Of a stretch of 64,000 nucleotides of DNA, positions 25,513-35,500 are shown in pieces (within the stretch, counting starts at the first letter, position 1; every line of letters begins with the position of its first letter). This stretch comes from Gemmatimonadales bacterium (GTDB taxonomy: Bacteria; Gemmatimonadota; Gemmatimonadetes; Gemmatimonadales; GWC2-71-9). Location of the stretch: the NCBI GenBank assembly GCA_040877595.1, contig JBBDNM010000062.1, positions 10,911 to 74,910 on the forward strand, in the 5' to 3' direction. The notes under the pieces are model-generated. The model searched no databases. It worked only from the letters and a program-made list of their open reading frames with translations, and was not told where the DNA came from. The position numbers and the translations under genes are program-made.

Positions 25513-26404
25513 GCGCTATCCGCCCGACGTGATCGCCCTGGACGGCCTCGATCTCGAGGTCCGTCGCGGCGAATGCTTCGGCCTGCTTGGTCCGAACGGT
25601 GCGGGGAAGACCACGACGGTCGAGATCCTGCAGGGCCTGACCGCGCGCGATGCGGGTGCGGTGGAAGTGCTGGGCCAGACCTGGGAACGCAACGGCCATG
25701 CGCTTCGTGAGCGCTTGGGCACCGCCCTCCAGGAAACCAGGTTCCCCGACAAGCTGACCGTCATCGAGGTGCTGCGCCTCTTCCGGAGCTTCTATAAGGA
25801 AGGTACGGACATCGACAGGGCGTTGGCACAGGTGAATCTGCAGGAAAAGCGCAACGCGCGCGTCACCCAGCTCTCGGGCGGGCAGCATCAGCGGCTGGCG
25901 GTGGCCACCGCGCTCGTGGCGGATCCGGAGCTGCTGTTCCTGGATGAGCCCACCGCCGGTCTCGACCCGCAGGCTCGGCGCGGCTTGTGGGACATCATCC
26001 TCGACCTGCGTTCCCGTGGCCGCACGGTCCTGCTGACCACGCACTATATGGATGAAGCGGAACGCCTCTGCGATCGCGTCGCCATCGTGGATCACGGCAA
26101 GGTGATTGCGCTGGGGACGCCGCGCGAACTCATCGCGGGTCTGGGCGCCGAGCACGTGGTGGAGTTCGCGGTCGAAGACGGCATGCCGTCGGTGGCCGAC
26201 CTCGAACCCCTGCCGGGGGTACGGGCCGTCCGCGCCGAGACCAGCGCGATGCGGCTGACCGTGACCCGCGTCCATGAAGCCGTGCCGGCCCTGATGGGCC
26301 TGTTGCGCGACCGCGAACTCACGCTGAGCCAGCTCGCCACGCATCACGCCACGCTCGAAGACGTGTTCCTGCAGCTGACCGGTCGGAGCCTGCGCGATGG
26401 CTGA
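25475..26404 (+). CDS. ABC-2 type transporter ATP-binding protein
   Basis: Walker A GPNGAGKTT, signature LSGGQHQRLAVATAL, Walker B LLFLDEPT. Confidence 0.9.
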   Translation: MSDLAISCRGLVKRYPPDVIALDGLDLEVRRGECFGLLGPNGAGKTTTVEILQGLTARDAGAVEVLGQTWERNGHALRERLGTALQETRFPDKLTVIEVLRLFRSFYKEGTDIDRALAQVNLQEKRNARVTQLSGGQHQRLAVATALVADPELLFLDEPTAGLDPQARRGLWDIILDLRSRGRTVLLTTHYMDEAERLCDRVAIVDHGKVIALGTPRELIAGLGAEHVVEFAVEDGMPSVADLEPLPGVRAVRAETSAMRLTVTRVHEAVPALMGLLRDRELTLSQLATHHATLEDVFLQLTGRSLRDG

Positions 26405-27440
26405 GCGACACGGCGGCCCGCTGGTCCAGCTCACGCTGTGGCGCGTGCGGGAGCTCCTGCGCGAGCCGGAGGCGGTGTTCTGGGTGTTCGCGTTCCCGGT
26501 GCTCCTTGCGCTGGCGCTTGGGCTCGCGTTCAAGAACCGTGGGCCCCAGGCCATCACGGTGGGCGTCGTCGAGGGTACGGCCGACTGGGTGGAGGTCGAG
26601 CGCGTGCTGGGCGAAGCCGACGGCATCCGCGCTGAAGCGTTGTCGGCCGGCGAGGGCGCCCGCCGCCTGCGCACGGGTCGCATTGCGCTGCTCGTGACAC
26701 CGGGAGAACCGATCACGTTCACGTTCGACGAAACCCGCGAAGAGAGCGGGCTCGCGCGCATGCTGGTGAACAACGCCTTGCAGGAGGCCGGTGGGCGGCA
26801 TGATGTCCGCGAGGTGCGCGAAGTGCGCGTGACCGAAAAGGGCTCGCGCTACATTGATTTCCTGATCCCGGGCCTGCTGGGTCTCAACATCATGGGCACG
26901 GGGCTCTGGGGCATCGGGTTCGGGTTGGTGCGCACACGGAAGAACGGCCTGCTCAAGCGGCTCCTGGCGTCGCCGATGCCCAAGAGTCAATTGTTATTGT
27001 CGCAGATTCTCGCGCGGCTCGTCTTCCTGGTGCTGGAAGTGGCCGCGGTCGTACTGTTTGGCATCTTCGTTTTTGGCGTGCCGTTTCGCGGCGGACTGAT
27101 CGCGTTCCTGGCGGTGGTATTCATCGGGGCGACGGCGTTCTCAGGCCTGGGCTTGCTGGTGGCGGCGCGGGCGCGCACCATTGAAGGCGTCTCCGGCCTG
27201 ATGAATTTGGTGATGGTCCCGATGTGGATCTTCTCGGGGGTGTTCTTTGCCTGGGCGAACTTTCCGGACGCCATGCACCTGTACATTCAGATGTTGCCGC
27301 TCACGGCGTTGAACGACGCCTTACGCGCGGTCATGCTGGATGGCACGGGACTGGGGGGTATACTGGGGTGGTTAGGGATCCTCGCAGCCTGGGGCGTCGC
27401 GAGCTTCGCGGTCGCGCTACGGCTGTTCCGCTGGAGCTAG
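26397..27440 (+). CDS. ABC-2 type transporter permease
   Basis: 347 aa with a large N-terminal loop followed by about 6 hydrophobic helices. 8-nt overlap with the ATPase gene. Confidence 0.85.
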   Translation: MAERHGGPLVQLTLWRVRELLREPEAVFWVFAFPVLLALALGLAFKNRGPQAITVGVVEGTADWVEVERVLGEADGIRAEALSAGEGARRLRTGRIALLVTPGEPITFTFDETREESGLARMLVNNALQEAGGRHDVREVREVRVTEKGSRYIDFLIPGLLGLNIMGTGLWGIGFGLVRTRKNGLLKRLLASPMPKSQLLLSQILARLVFLVLEVAAVVLFGIFVFGVPFRGGLIAFLAVVFIGATAFSGLGLLVAARARTIEGVSGLMNLVMVPMWIFSGVFFAWANFPDAMHLYIQMLPLTALNDALRAVMLDGTGLGGILGWLGILAAWGVASFAVALRLFRWS

Positions 27441-27449
27441 GAGGCCGAG

Positions 27450-27821
27450 ATGGCGGGTTTGAAGCTGTCGTCCAAGGCGCAGAAAGCGATGGACACGTTG
27501 CAGCTCGTGCGCCGCAAGGTTGAACGAGTCCACTCGCTGGTCGAACAGTACTGCTCCGCCAGGTCCGCTCAGGACTCCATGGCGCAATCGTTGAGCCGCG
27601 CCGCCGCGGACGTCGGTCGCCTGCTCATGAACAACGGCCTGGGCGTGATGGCCGACTCGGCCAATCAGGTCGCCATGGGTGCCAAGCGCGGTGGGCACAC
27701 CCAAGCCAAGTACCGCCAGTTGCGCGAACTGGTTGGCGGCCTTCGGGTCGCCATCGATCGGGCGGAGAAGAATGTGCTGGACGCGGAGAGGCAGCATGAA
27801 CACGATGAGGCCGGACACTGA
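27450..27821 (+). CDS. Hypothetical helical protein (123 aa)
   Basis: Strong SD (aggagg) 6-7 nt upstream of the ATG, 9 nt after the permease stop. Non-repetitive, charged, helix-prone sequence. No family recognised. Confidence 0.6.
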   Translation: MAGLKLSSKAQKAMDTLQLVRRKVERVHSLVEQYCSARSAQDSMAQSLSRAAADVGRLLMNNGLGVMADSANQVAMGAKRGGHTQAKYRQLRELVGGLRVAIDRAEKNVLDAERQHEHDEAGH

Positions 27822-27861
27822 TGGCAAGGGTGTTTCACGCTAACCAACGGAAAGGCAGACC

Positions 27862-28326
27862 ATGCGTACGCTGATTACGGCAGGACTCCTCGGCGCGGCC
27901 CTGACGGCGGCGCCCACACTCACCGCGCAGGACCCCGGCGCGCGGCCCACGTACGGCGAGGTGCGGCTGGAGGGGGGCTTCCTGCCGGATCCGCACCGCA
28001 TGGAACTCACGGCCGGCGGCTCGATCCAGGTGAGCGTAAGCGGCTGTGCCTACGGGTTCGTAGCCAACGCACCCGACGTCAAGATGTACTATAGTGGCAA
28101 TGCCAAGCGCACGCTCCACTTCTACTCCACGTCCGATGACGACACGACGCTGCTGATCAACCTGCCGGATGGGTCGTGGGTCTGCAACGACGACGGCCTG
28201 GGGAACCGGAACCCGCTCGTGACGATCCCGAACGCCGCGTCCGGCCGCTACGATATCTGGGTGGGTACGTACGGGTCGACCATGGTGCGGGCGACGCTCA
28301 ACATCTCGGAAATCACGCCGCGCTGA
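27862..28326 (+). CDS. Secreted protein with pre-peptidase-C-terminal-like beta-sandwich domain
   Basis: Signal peptide MRTLITAGLLGAALTAAPTLTAQD. The body ..GFLPDPHRMELTAGG..C.GF....PDV..Y......L.F....DDDTTLLINLPDGSWVCNDDG..NPLV......GRYDIWVGTYG resembles a Cys-pair 'DTTL..PDG.W.C.DD' domain seen appended to secreted peptidases. That match is from memory and was not searched. Confidence 0.65.
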   Translation: MRTLITAGLLGAALTAAPTLTAQDPGARPTYGEVRLEGGFLPDPHRMELTAGGSIQVSVSGCAYGFVANAPDVKMYYSGNAKRTLHFYSTSDDDTTLLINLPDGSWVCNDDGLGNRNPLVTIPNAASGRYDIWVGTYGSTMVRATLNISEITPR

Positions 28327-28347
28327 CGGGGCACCGCCTCGTCTTGT

Positions 28348-28382
28348 GACGCGCGGGAGGGCCTGGGGTTCTCCCGCGCGTC
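28348..28382. terminator. Perfect 12-bp GC-rich hairpin between convergent genes (possible bidirectional terminator, no U-tract)
   Basis: gacgcgcgggag (28348-28359), 11-nt loop, ctcccgcgcgtc (28371-28382). It sits between stops at 28326 (+) and 28389 (-). Confidence 0.5.
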
Positions 28383-28388
28383 GTGCGT

Positions 28389-29138
28389 TCAACTGAGTGC
28401 CGCCACCGCGGCCCGCACCGCCTGCGGATGCGACAGCGGCGGAACGTGCCGCGCCCCCGGCAGCAATCGCAGCTCGGCTGAGAGGCCCGTGGCGAGCGCC
28501 TGGGCCTCGCGCACGCGGAAGTAGGTGTCATGGGTTCCGTGGAGCACGATCGCGGGAACGTTGACCTCCTGCAATCGGTTCCGCACGTCGTAACCCACCA
28601 TCCCGGCGCGATACGCCCGGCGCCCCCGCACGGTCGTCTGGCGCCAGCCGGCGATACCCACCGCCAGTTCACTCCGGCCGCGATACTGCTGGAAGTCCAC
28701 GGTCCCGGTGCGGCCACCACCCAGGATGAGCTTGGTCGCCGCGCTGACGATGCCACTGTTCCAGATGGGCATCAGGGGCTTGGCGGGAAGGCGGAAAGGC
28801 GGGAGGCGGACGGCCGCCACATCATACATCGGGCCCGCGGTCGTGGAAATCAGAACGAGTCCGTGGATCGGTGGTTGCCCGGTCCCGTTGTGGCGGAGCA
28901 GCCACGCCAGCGCGAGCATCCCACCAAAGCTGTGGCCGACCACGATGCGTCGAGTCGCGTCACGCCATGACGGGGTGTTGGTGAACGTGTCGAGCGCATC
29001 CATGTACGCACCCATGCCCGCCCCCGGGCCGCCCGGGCCGTCGGAAAAATCCGGCCCAAACGACTCGGCCCCGAACGCCGGAAAGATCGTGGCGTTCAGG
29101 GCCATGCCGGGCAGGAGGAGGATGCGCGGTGCGGTCAC
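28389..29138 (-). CDS. Alpha/beta hydrolase
   Basis: GTG start. Nucleophile elbow GHSFGG, then ..VLHGTHD.. and ..GARHVPPLSHP... Confidence 0.8.
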   Translation of the reverse strand: MTAPRILLLPGMALNATIFPAFGAESFGPDFSDGPGGPGAGMGAYMDALDTFTNTPSWRDATRRIVVGHSFGGMLALAWLLRHNGTGQPPIHGLVLISTTAGPMYDVAAVRLPPFRLPAKPLMPIWNSGIVSAATKLILGGGRTGTVDFQQYRGRSELAVGIAGWRQTTVRGRRAYRAGMVGYDVRNRLQEVNVPAIVLHGTHDTYFRVREAQALATGLSAELRLLPGARHVPPLSHPQAVRAAVAALS

Positions 29139-29330
29139 CTACCCAAGTGTAGCCGAACGCCAGCCCTCCGCGCAGACGCCAATTCCGGTGCGGCGCTTCG
29201 CGACGACCACCGATGTCACCCCATCGGGCCTCCCCGATCACGTCCGCAAAGAACTGGCCAGGAAGCAACCGTAGGCCGAACTCCGCAACCGGCGTGGCGT
29301 GACGGGACCATCCCTGAAACTCTTCAACAC

Positions 29331-29370
29331 TTGACTCCGTAGTTAACCTTGTTAACTTAACGCCGTTAAG
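29331..29370 (+). promoter_or_regulatory. Putative sigma70-type promoter with two overlapping TTAAC-core palindromes (candidate TetR operators)
   Basis: This is the only AT-rich patch of the locus. TTGACT (29331-29336), 16-nt spacer, TAACTT (29353-29358). IR1 is AGTTAAC-ctt-GTTAACT (29341-29357). IR2 is CTTAACG-c-CGTTAAG (29356-29370), a perfect 15-bp palindrome overlapping the -10. The site lies 55 nt upstream of the TetR start. Confidence 0.45.
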
Positions 29371-29424
29371 ATTGTGAAATCAGTAACAAACTATTAAAGT
29401 CGTTGTCTGACAAGGACTTGCAGG

Positions 29425-30057
29425 TTGTCTCCGCAAGAAGTGGCAGTTCGCGAACAAGAATCCCAGATCCTGGAAGCCGCGCGGGACTTGATACTCGAAG
29501 GTGGTATCGAGGCCATTTCGATGCGCGCCGTGGCGGATCGTGTGGGGGTCAGTGCCACCGCGCTCTACCATTATTTCGCCAGCAAGCAGGACCTGGTTGA
29601 CCGCGTCAGTCGCCGCGCTTTTGAAGCCTTTGACGAAGCGGTCCGTAAGGCCGCTGAGCAACAGCCGGAGGGCTCAATAGACCGGATCCGCGCGATCGGC
29701 GAAGCCTACATCCGGTTTGCATTCGAGAACGAGGCGTATTTCCGGGTGATTTTCGGCGCCGAAGCCCCCGACCCCCGCGCCATCGAAGACCTGCCCGGCG
29801 GTGGCGGCTATCCCGTGCTTCGCCAGGCGGTCGTCCGGGCCATGGAATCCGGCCAGATGCGCTCTGGCGATCCGGACATATCTTCGGTATATCTTTGGTC
29901 CCTCGTTCACGGCCTGGTCACGCTGTATCTGGCCTGCCGGATCGGGGATGAGAAGTGCCAGAACGCGCAGTTGCCCGGTGATCCGCAAGTGATGTTCGCC
30001 GCATTCGGCGATCTGTTGGCGCACGGCCTCCGCGCGCCGGACCCGAAAGGACCGTGA
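29425..30057 (+). CDS. TetR/AcrR family transcriptional regulator
   Basis: N-terminal HTH ..ILEAARDLILEGGIEAISMRAVADRVGVSATALYHYFASKQDL... TTG start at 29425, with GTG 29440 as an alternative. Confidence 0.88.
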   Translation: MSPQEVAVREQESQILEAARDLILEGGIEAISMRAVADRVGVSATALYHYFASKQDLVDRVSRRAFEAFDEAVRKAAEQQPEGSIDRIRAIGEAYIRFAFENEAYFRVIFGAEAPDPRAIEDLPGGGGYPVLRQAVVRAMESGQMRSGDPDISSVYLWSLVHGLVTLYLACRIGDEKCQNAQLPGDPQVMFAAFGDLLAHGLRAPDPKGP

Positions 30058-31490
30058 CCCGTTCCATGATACGGTGGTTGATGGGCGCCACGCTGGTGCC
30101 CTGGACGCTTGCAGCCCAAGTCCCCGATACGCTCCCGCTCGGCCAGGCCCTTCGGCTCGCGCTCGCCAACAATCGCGAGCTTGCCCAGGCCGAGGCCGCG
30201 GTGCGCGGCGCCAACGCCCGCGTTACCGAAGCGTTCGCGACGGCCATGCCCGACGTGTCGGCCAGTGCGTCGTACCAGCGCAATTTCCGCGTGCAGGAAG
30301 CCTTCCTGCCCGCCATCATCTTCGATCCGACGGCGGATCCGGACGACCTGATCCCGGTCCGCTTCGGCGCGGACAATCAATGGTTTGCCGGCCTCACGCT
30401 GAGCCAGACGCTGTTCGAGTACGGCGTGTTGGTCGGCATTGGCGCGGCCGGCCGGTTCCGGCAACTCGAAAACGAACGTGCCCGCGGCGTGGCGCAACAG
30501 GTGGTCACCACCGTGCGGCGTGCGTATTTCGATGTGCTGTTGGCCACGGAGCAGGAACGGCTGACCGCGCAGTCCGTCGAACGCGTGCGCCAGACGTTGG
30601 CCGAGACCCAGGCACTGAACCAGCAGGGACTCGCGAGCGACTACGACGTGCTGCGGCTCGAGGTTCAGCTGGCGAATCTGGAGCCCAATCTCCGCCGCGC
30701 TCGCGATCAGGTGCGTGCCACGCGTCGCCAGCTGGCCATCACGGTCGGCCTGGAGCCGGAAGTGGCCTTTGTGGTCAGCGGATCCCTGCACACCGTCGTC
30801 GTGGACGACCGCACCGGGAATGATGCGGCCAACCTCGAGCTGCTGGCCGCCTCCGGCGGTGTGGGGCTTGAGGTGCTCACCTACGACGACGCTTGGCGCC
30901 GGGCAACGATCGATCGGTCGGACGTGCGGCAGACGCAGCTGGCCGTGTCATTGGAACAATCCCGCGTCAAAGTGGAGATCGCGGAATACTTCCCGCGCGT
31001 GTCGCTGTTCTCGAACTACAACATCACGGCGCAGGAGAATCGCGCGCCGAATTTCTTCGGCGATGCCAACTCGCGCACCACGTCGTTTTTTGGCGGCATC
31101 CGGGTAGAGATGCCGATCTTCCGCGGCTTCACGCGGCCGGCCCGGGTGACGCAGGCGCGGGCGAGTCTCGCCCAGGCGGAGGCGGTCGCCTCACTCACGG
31201 AAGACCAGGCGGCCCATCAGTTGCAGTCGTTGTTCGACGGGCTGGCCGAGGCGCGCGACCGCGTGGCCAGCCAACGCCGGGCGGTCGAGCAGGCGCGACG
31301 CGGGTTCGAGATCGCGTCCGCCGAGTACCGGGCGGGGACGGGGTCCCAATTGCAGATCACCGATGCCGAAGTGGCGCTCCGGCAGTCGGAATTCAATTAC
31401 GCGCAGGCAGTCTACGATTACCTCACGACCCGATCGGCCCTTGAAGCGGCTGTCGGTACCGTCGCTGTGGGCGACGGGCAGGAGTTCTAG
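30054..31490 (+). CDS. TolC family outer-membrane efflux protein
   Basis: 478 aa with a signal peptide and two-repeat OEP-like sequence (..LAQAEAAVRGANARVTEA.., ..YRAGTGSQLQITDAEVALRQSEFNYAQAVYDY..). GTGA overlap with the TetR stop. Confidence 0.85.
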   Translation: MTRSMIRWLMGATLVPWTLAAQVPDTLPLGQALRLALANNRELAQAEAAVRGANARVTEAFATAMPDVSASASYQRNFRVQEAFLPAIIFDPTADPDDLIPVRFGADNQWFAGLTLSQTLFEYGVLVGIGAAGRFRQLENERARGVAQQVVTTVRRAYFDVLLATEQERLTAQSVERVRQTLAETQALNQQGLASDYDVLRLEVQLANLEPNLRRARDQVRATRRQLAITVGLEPEVAFVVSGSLHTVVVDDRTGNDAANLELLAASGGVGLEVLTYDDAWRRATIDRSDVRQTQLAVSLEQSRVKVEIAEYFPRVSLFSNYNITAQENRAPNFFGDANSRTTSFFGGIRVEMPIFRGFTRPARVTQARASLAQAEAVASLTEDQAAHQLQSLFDGLAEARDRVASQRRAVEQARRGFEIASAEYRAGTGSQLQITDAEVALRQSEFNYAQAVYDYLTTRSALEAAVGTVAVGDGQEF

Positions 31491-31492
31491 TC

Positions 31493-32572
31493 ATGACGAC
31501 GAAGTATCTGATGGCCGTTGCCGCCCTCCTTGTGGTGGCGGCCTGCGCGGATTCCGAAGCCGAAGTGCCCGTCCAGGGCGACGACACGACGGGCGTGCGC
31601 ATCGTGAACGTCGAGGTGACGACGCTCGCCCCGACCGACTTCACGGAGTACCTGCGCGTGACCGGTGAGGCCGCGGCCCTGCACAACGTGACGCTGTCGG
31701 CGGAGGAAATGGGCCAGGTCACGCGGTTCCTGGTCGAGAAGGGTGCGCGCGTGCGCGCCGGCCAGGTCATCGCCGAGCTCGACGCCTCGGTGCTTCGGGC
31801 CCAGGTGGACGAAGCGCGCGCCGCGGCGGAACTCGCCGCGCAGCAGTTTGAGCGCCAGGGCACCCTGTGGGAAGATCAGCGCATCGGCAGCGAGATGGCG
31901 TTCCTACAGTCGCGGAGCGCGTCGGCGACGGCGGCCGCGCGGCTCGCCCAGCTCGAGGCGCGGCTGGAGAACACGCGCATCCGGGCTCCGGTGGACGGGG
32001 TGCTCGATGCGCGACTCATCGAAGCCGGTGAGATGGCGACGCCGGGCATGCCGATCGCCCGCGTGATTTCGGCCGGTCGACTCAAGATCGAGGCTGGCGT
32101 GCCGGAGCGTGCGGCCCTGGCCATCCGCGCGGGGTCGGCGGCCATCGTGACGTTTGATGTCCTTCCCGGCCAGCGCTTTGCCGGCCGCGTCACGTTCGTG
32201 GCGGCCAGCGTGGATCGCGTCAACCGGACCGTGCCCGTGGAAATCCAGCTGGATGACACCGGCAATCTCGTCAAGGCGCACATGGTGGCCAACGTGGAAC
32301 TCGTGCGCGAACAGCGGACCGGCGTGCTGGTCGTGCCGCAACAGGCCGTGCTGCGCACCGAATCCGGGTATCAGGTGTTCGTGGTGGAAGAACGGGAGGG
32401 ACGCACCGTTGCCGCGGCGCGTGCGGTCCGGCTCGGACCGGCGTGGGCGAGCCAGGTCGTAATTGAAGAGGGCCTGGCGCCCGGCGACCGCTTGATCCGG
32501 CTCGGCCAACAGCTGGTGGATCCGAACACGCGCGTCCGTGTGGTTGCCGCCGCTGCCGCGGGGAGGAACTGA
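31493..32572 (+). CDS. Efflux RND transporter periplasmic adaptor (MFP) lipoprotein
   Basis: Lipobox LVVAA|C. HlyD/MFP-like sequence ..IRAPVDGVL.. with a coiled-coil hairpin region. Confidence 0.88.
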   Translation: MTTKYLMAVAALLVVAACADSEAEVPVQGDDTTGVRIVNVEVTTLAPTDFTEYLRVTGEAAALHNVTLSAEEMGQVTRFLVEKGARVRAGQVIAELDASVLRAQVDEARAAAELAAQQFERQGTLWEDQRIGSEMAFLQSRSASATAAARLAQLEARLENTRIRAPVDGVLDARLIEAGEMATPGMPIARVISAGRLKIEAGVPERAALAIRAGSAAIVTFDVLPGQRFAGRVTFVAASVDRVNRTVPVEIQLDDTGNLVKAHMVANVELVREQRTGVLVVPQQAVLRTESGYQVFVVEEREGRTVAAARAVRLGPAWASQVVIEEGLAPGDRLIRLGQQLVDPNTRVRVVAAAAAGRN

Positions 32573-35500
32573 TGACGCCGCACAACGCCCCCGGCGAGTT
32601 CCGGGAGTTCGGCCTCACGTCGCTCGCCATCCGGCACCCCACAGTGGTGCTGGTGATGACGGCGATCATCATCCTGACAGGGCTTTCGGCGTATATCACG
32701 ATCCCCAAGGAGTCGTCGCCCGAAATCGTGGTGCCGATGGTGGTCGTGAACACGATCTATACCGGCGTGGCGCCGCGCGATATCGAGACCCTGCTCACGC
32801 GCCCGCTGGAAGAAGAGCTCAACACGATCGCCGACGTGAAACGCATCACGTCCACGTCGGTGGAAGGCTACTCGTCCATCATCGTCGAGTTCGATGCGGG
32901 GATGGATATGGATGAGGCGTTGCAGCGGGTGCGCGAGAAGGTGGACATCGCCAAGCCCAGGTTGCCAACAGCCGCCGAGGAGCCGGGCATCTTCGAGATC
33001 AACTTCGCGCAGTTCCCGATCATGCAGGTGAACATCGCCGGGCCCTATTCGCTGGTGCGCCTGCGGGAGGTGGCCGAAGACCTGCAGGATCGCATCGAAC
33101 AGATCCCGAGCGTGCTCGAAGTGACCCTGTCGGGCGGACTGGAACGCGAGGTCCAGGTTGATGTGGACCTGGCCAAGCTCCAGTTCTACAACCTGGCGTA
33201 CGGTGACGTGATTGACGCCATCCGTGACGAGAACGTCACGATCCCGGGCGGGTCGGTGGACGTGGGGGACATGAAGTTCCTCGTGCGTGTGCCCGGCCAG
33301 TTCGAGGCGACGGCGCTCATTGCCGACATCGTGGTCAAGGTGGCGGGCGGGCGGGCCATCTACGTGCGTGACGTGGCCACCGTGGATTTCGGCTTCAAGG
33401 AACGGGACTCCTATGCGCGCCTCGACGGGCAGTCGGTGGTGTCGCTGGCCATTTCCAAGCGCGCCGGCGAGAACATTATCGCGACCGCCGAGGCCGTGCG
33501 GGATGTCCTCGCGAGCCGCGAGGCCCATTTCCCCGTGGGGACCGTCGTGAAGGTGACGGCGGATCAGTCCGAAGACATTCACGACATGGTGAGCAGCCTC
33601 GAGAACAACATCATCTCGGGGCTCATTCTGGTGGTCGCCGTCCTCTTGTTCTTCCTCGGTATGCGGACCGCCTCGTTTGTCGGTCTCGCGATCCCGATGT
33701 CCATGCTGCTGTCATTCAGCGTGATGCAACTGACCGGCATGACCATGAACATGGTCGTGCTGTTCGCGCTGATCCTGGCGCTCGGCATGCTGGTGGACAA
33801 CGCCATCGTAGTGGTGGAGAACATTTATCGTTTTGTCGAACAGGGATTTGACCGCAAGACGGCCGCACGGTATGCCGTGGGCGAAGTGGCCGTGCCCATT
33901 ATCGCCTCAACGCTCACCACCCTCGCCGCGTTCTTTCCGCTGACCTTCTGGCCCGGCATTGTGGGCGAGTTCATGAAGTTCCTGCCGCTCACGCTGATCA
34001 TCACGCTCTCCGCCTCGCTGTTCGTCGCACTCGTGATCGTCCCGGTCCTGTGCTCGTTGCTGCTGGAGTTGGAAGGCGCGCGCACGCCGCCGATGACGCC
34101 TGCGGCGCGGTGGACCCTGATCGGTGGTGGTGGCGTCGCGATGCTGATCGTCGGGTCGGGTGCGTGGCTGGCGCCGCCGCTGTTGATCCTGACCGGTATC
34201 CTGATCTGGCAGTTCCATACGCGCGTGGCGGCACCCATCGGCGCGTGGTTCATGACCGCAGCGCTTCCCCGCATCATAAGCCGCTATGAGCACCTCTTGC
34301 GCTGGGCGCTGGAACACCGCCTGCGCATGCTGGCCGCCGCTGCCGGCGCCATGGTGCTGGCGATCATGGCCTTCAGCGTCCTGAATGCCGGGATTGAGTT
34401 CTTCCCCGAAGATATTCCGCCGGCCACCGTGTACGTGCAGGTCGAGGCCCCGGCGGGCACTCGGCTGGAAGCGACCGACGCCATGGTCCAGGGTCTCGAG
34501 GCCGAACTGCGCGCGCTCAGCGGCAGCGAGGATTTTCAGTCCGTGGTGGCCACGTCAGGCAACCGCGTGAGCCAGAATTTCGGCGGCCCCAGCAATGGGT
34601 CGCACCTGGCGACGATCGCGGTCAACTTCGTGGACTTCCAGGATCGCCGGACCGACGGCTTCGTGACGCTCGAACGGATGCGGCAGACCATCGGTCGTAC
34701 CGTAGCGGGCGCGCACATCTCCGTGGAGGCCATGCAGGGTGGACCGCCGAGCGGAGCGCCGGTCGCCATCGAGATTGCGGGTGAAGACCCCGAAGTCTTG
34801 CGCGACCTTGGCGCCGAGGTTGTACGCATTCTGGAAAACAGTCCGGCGTATCCCAAGCTCGATGGCCTGGCCAGCGACATGGAAGGCGGCCGGCCGGAGC
34901 TGGTCATCAACGTCGACCGTGAACGGGCCGCGTTGTGGGGTCTGAACACGCAGGACGTCGGCTTCATGGTCCGTAGCGCCATCAACGGCACGGAGGCGTC
35001 CAAGTACCGCGATGGCAAGGATGAGTACGACATTACGGTCCGGCTGGCGCCGGCGTGGCGTAGCGACCTCTCGGCGCTGGGCGACTTGATGCTCGCCACC
35101 GATGACGGCGCGCAGGTGCCGTTGTCGTCCGTGGCGTCGTGGCACGTCGGCACCGGCATGGGCGATGTCCGCCGGAAGGACCTGGACCGCGTGGTCAGCA
35201 TCACGTCCGACGTACGCGCCGGGTACAACGCCAATGCCGTGGTCGCCGAGGTGCGTGAGCTGCTCGCGCCGTTCGAGCGCGAGTTACCCGCGGGCTACAC
35301 GTTCGCGTTCGGCGGCCAGCAGGAAGAGCAGGCCGAAGCCCAGGCCTTCCTGTCCGCCGCGTTCGTGATGGCTGTGCTGTTGATCGGGTTTATCCTGGTC
35401 AGCCAGTTCGACTCGGTGACCAAGCCGCTCATCATCCTGAGCTCGGTCGTGCTTTCCACGATCGGCGTGCTGATCGGGCTGATCGTGTTCCGCATGCCGT

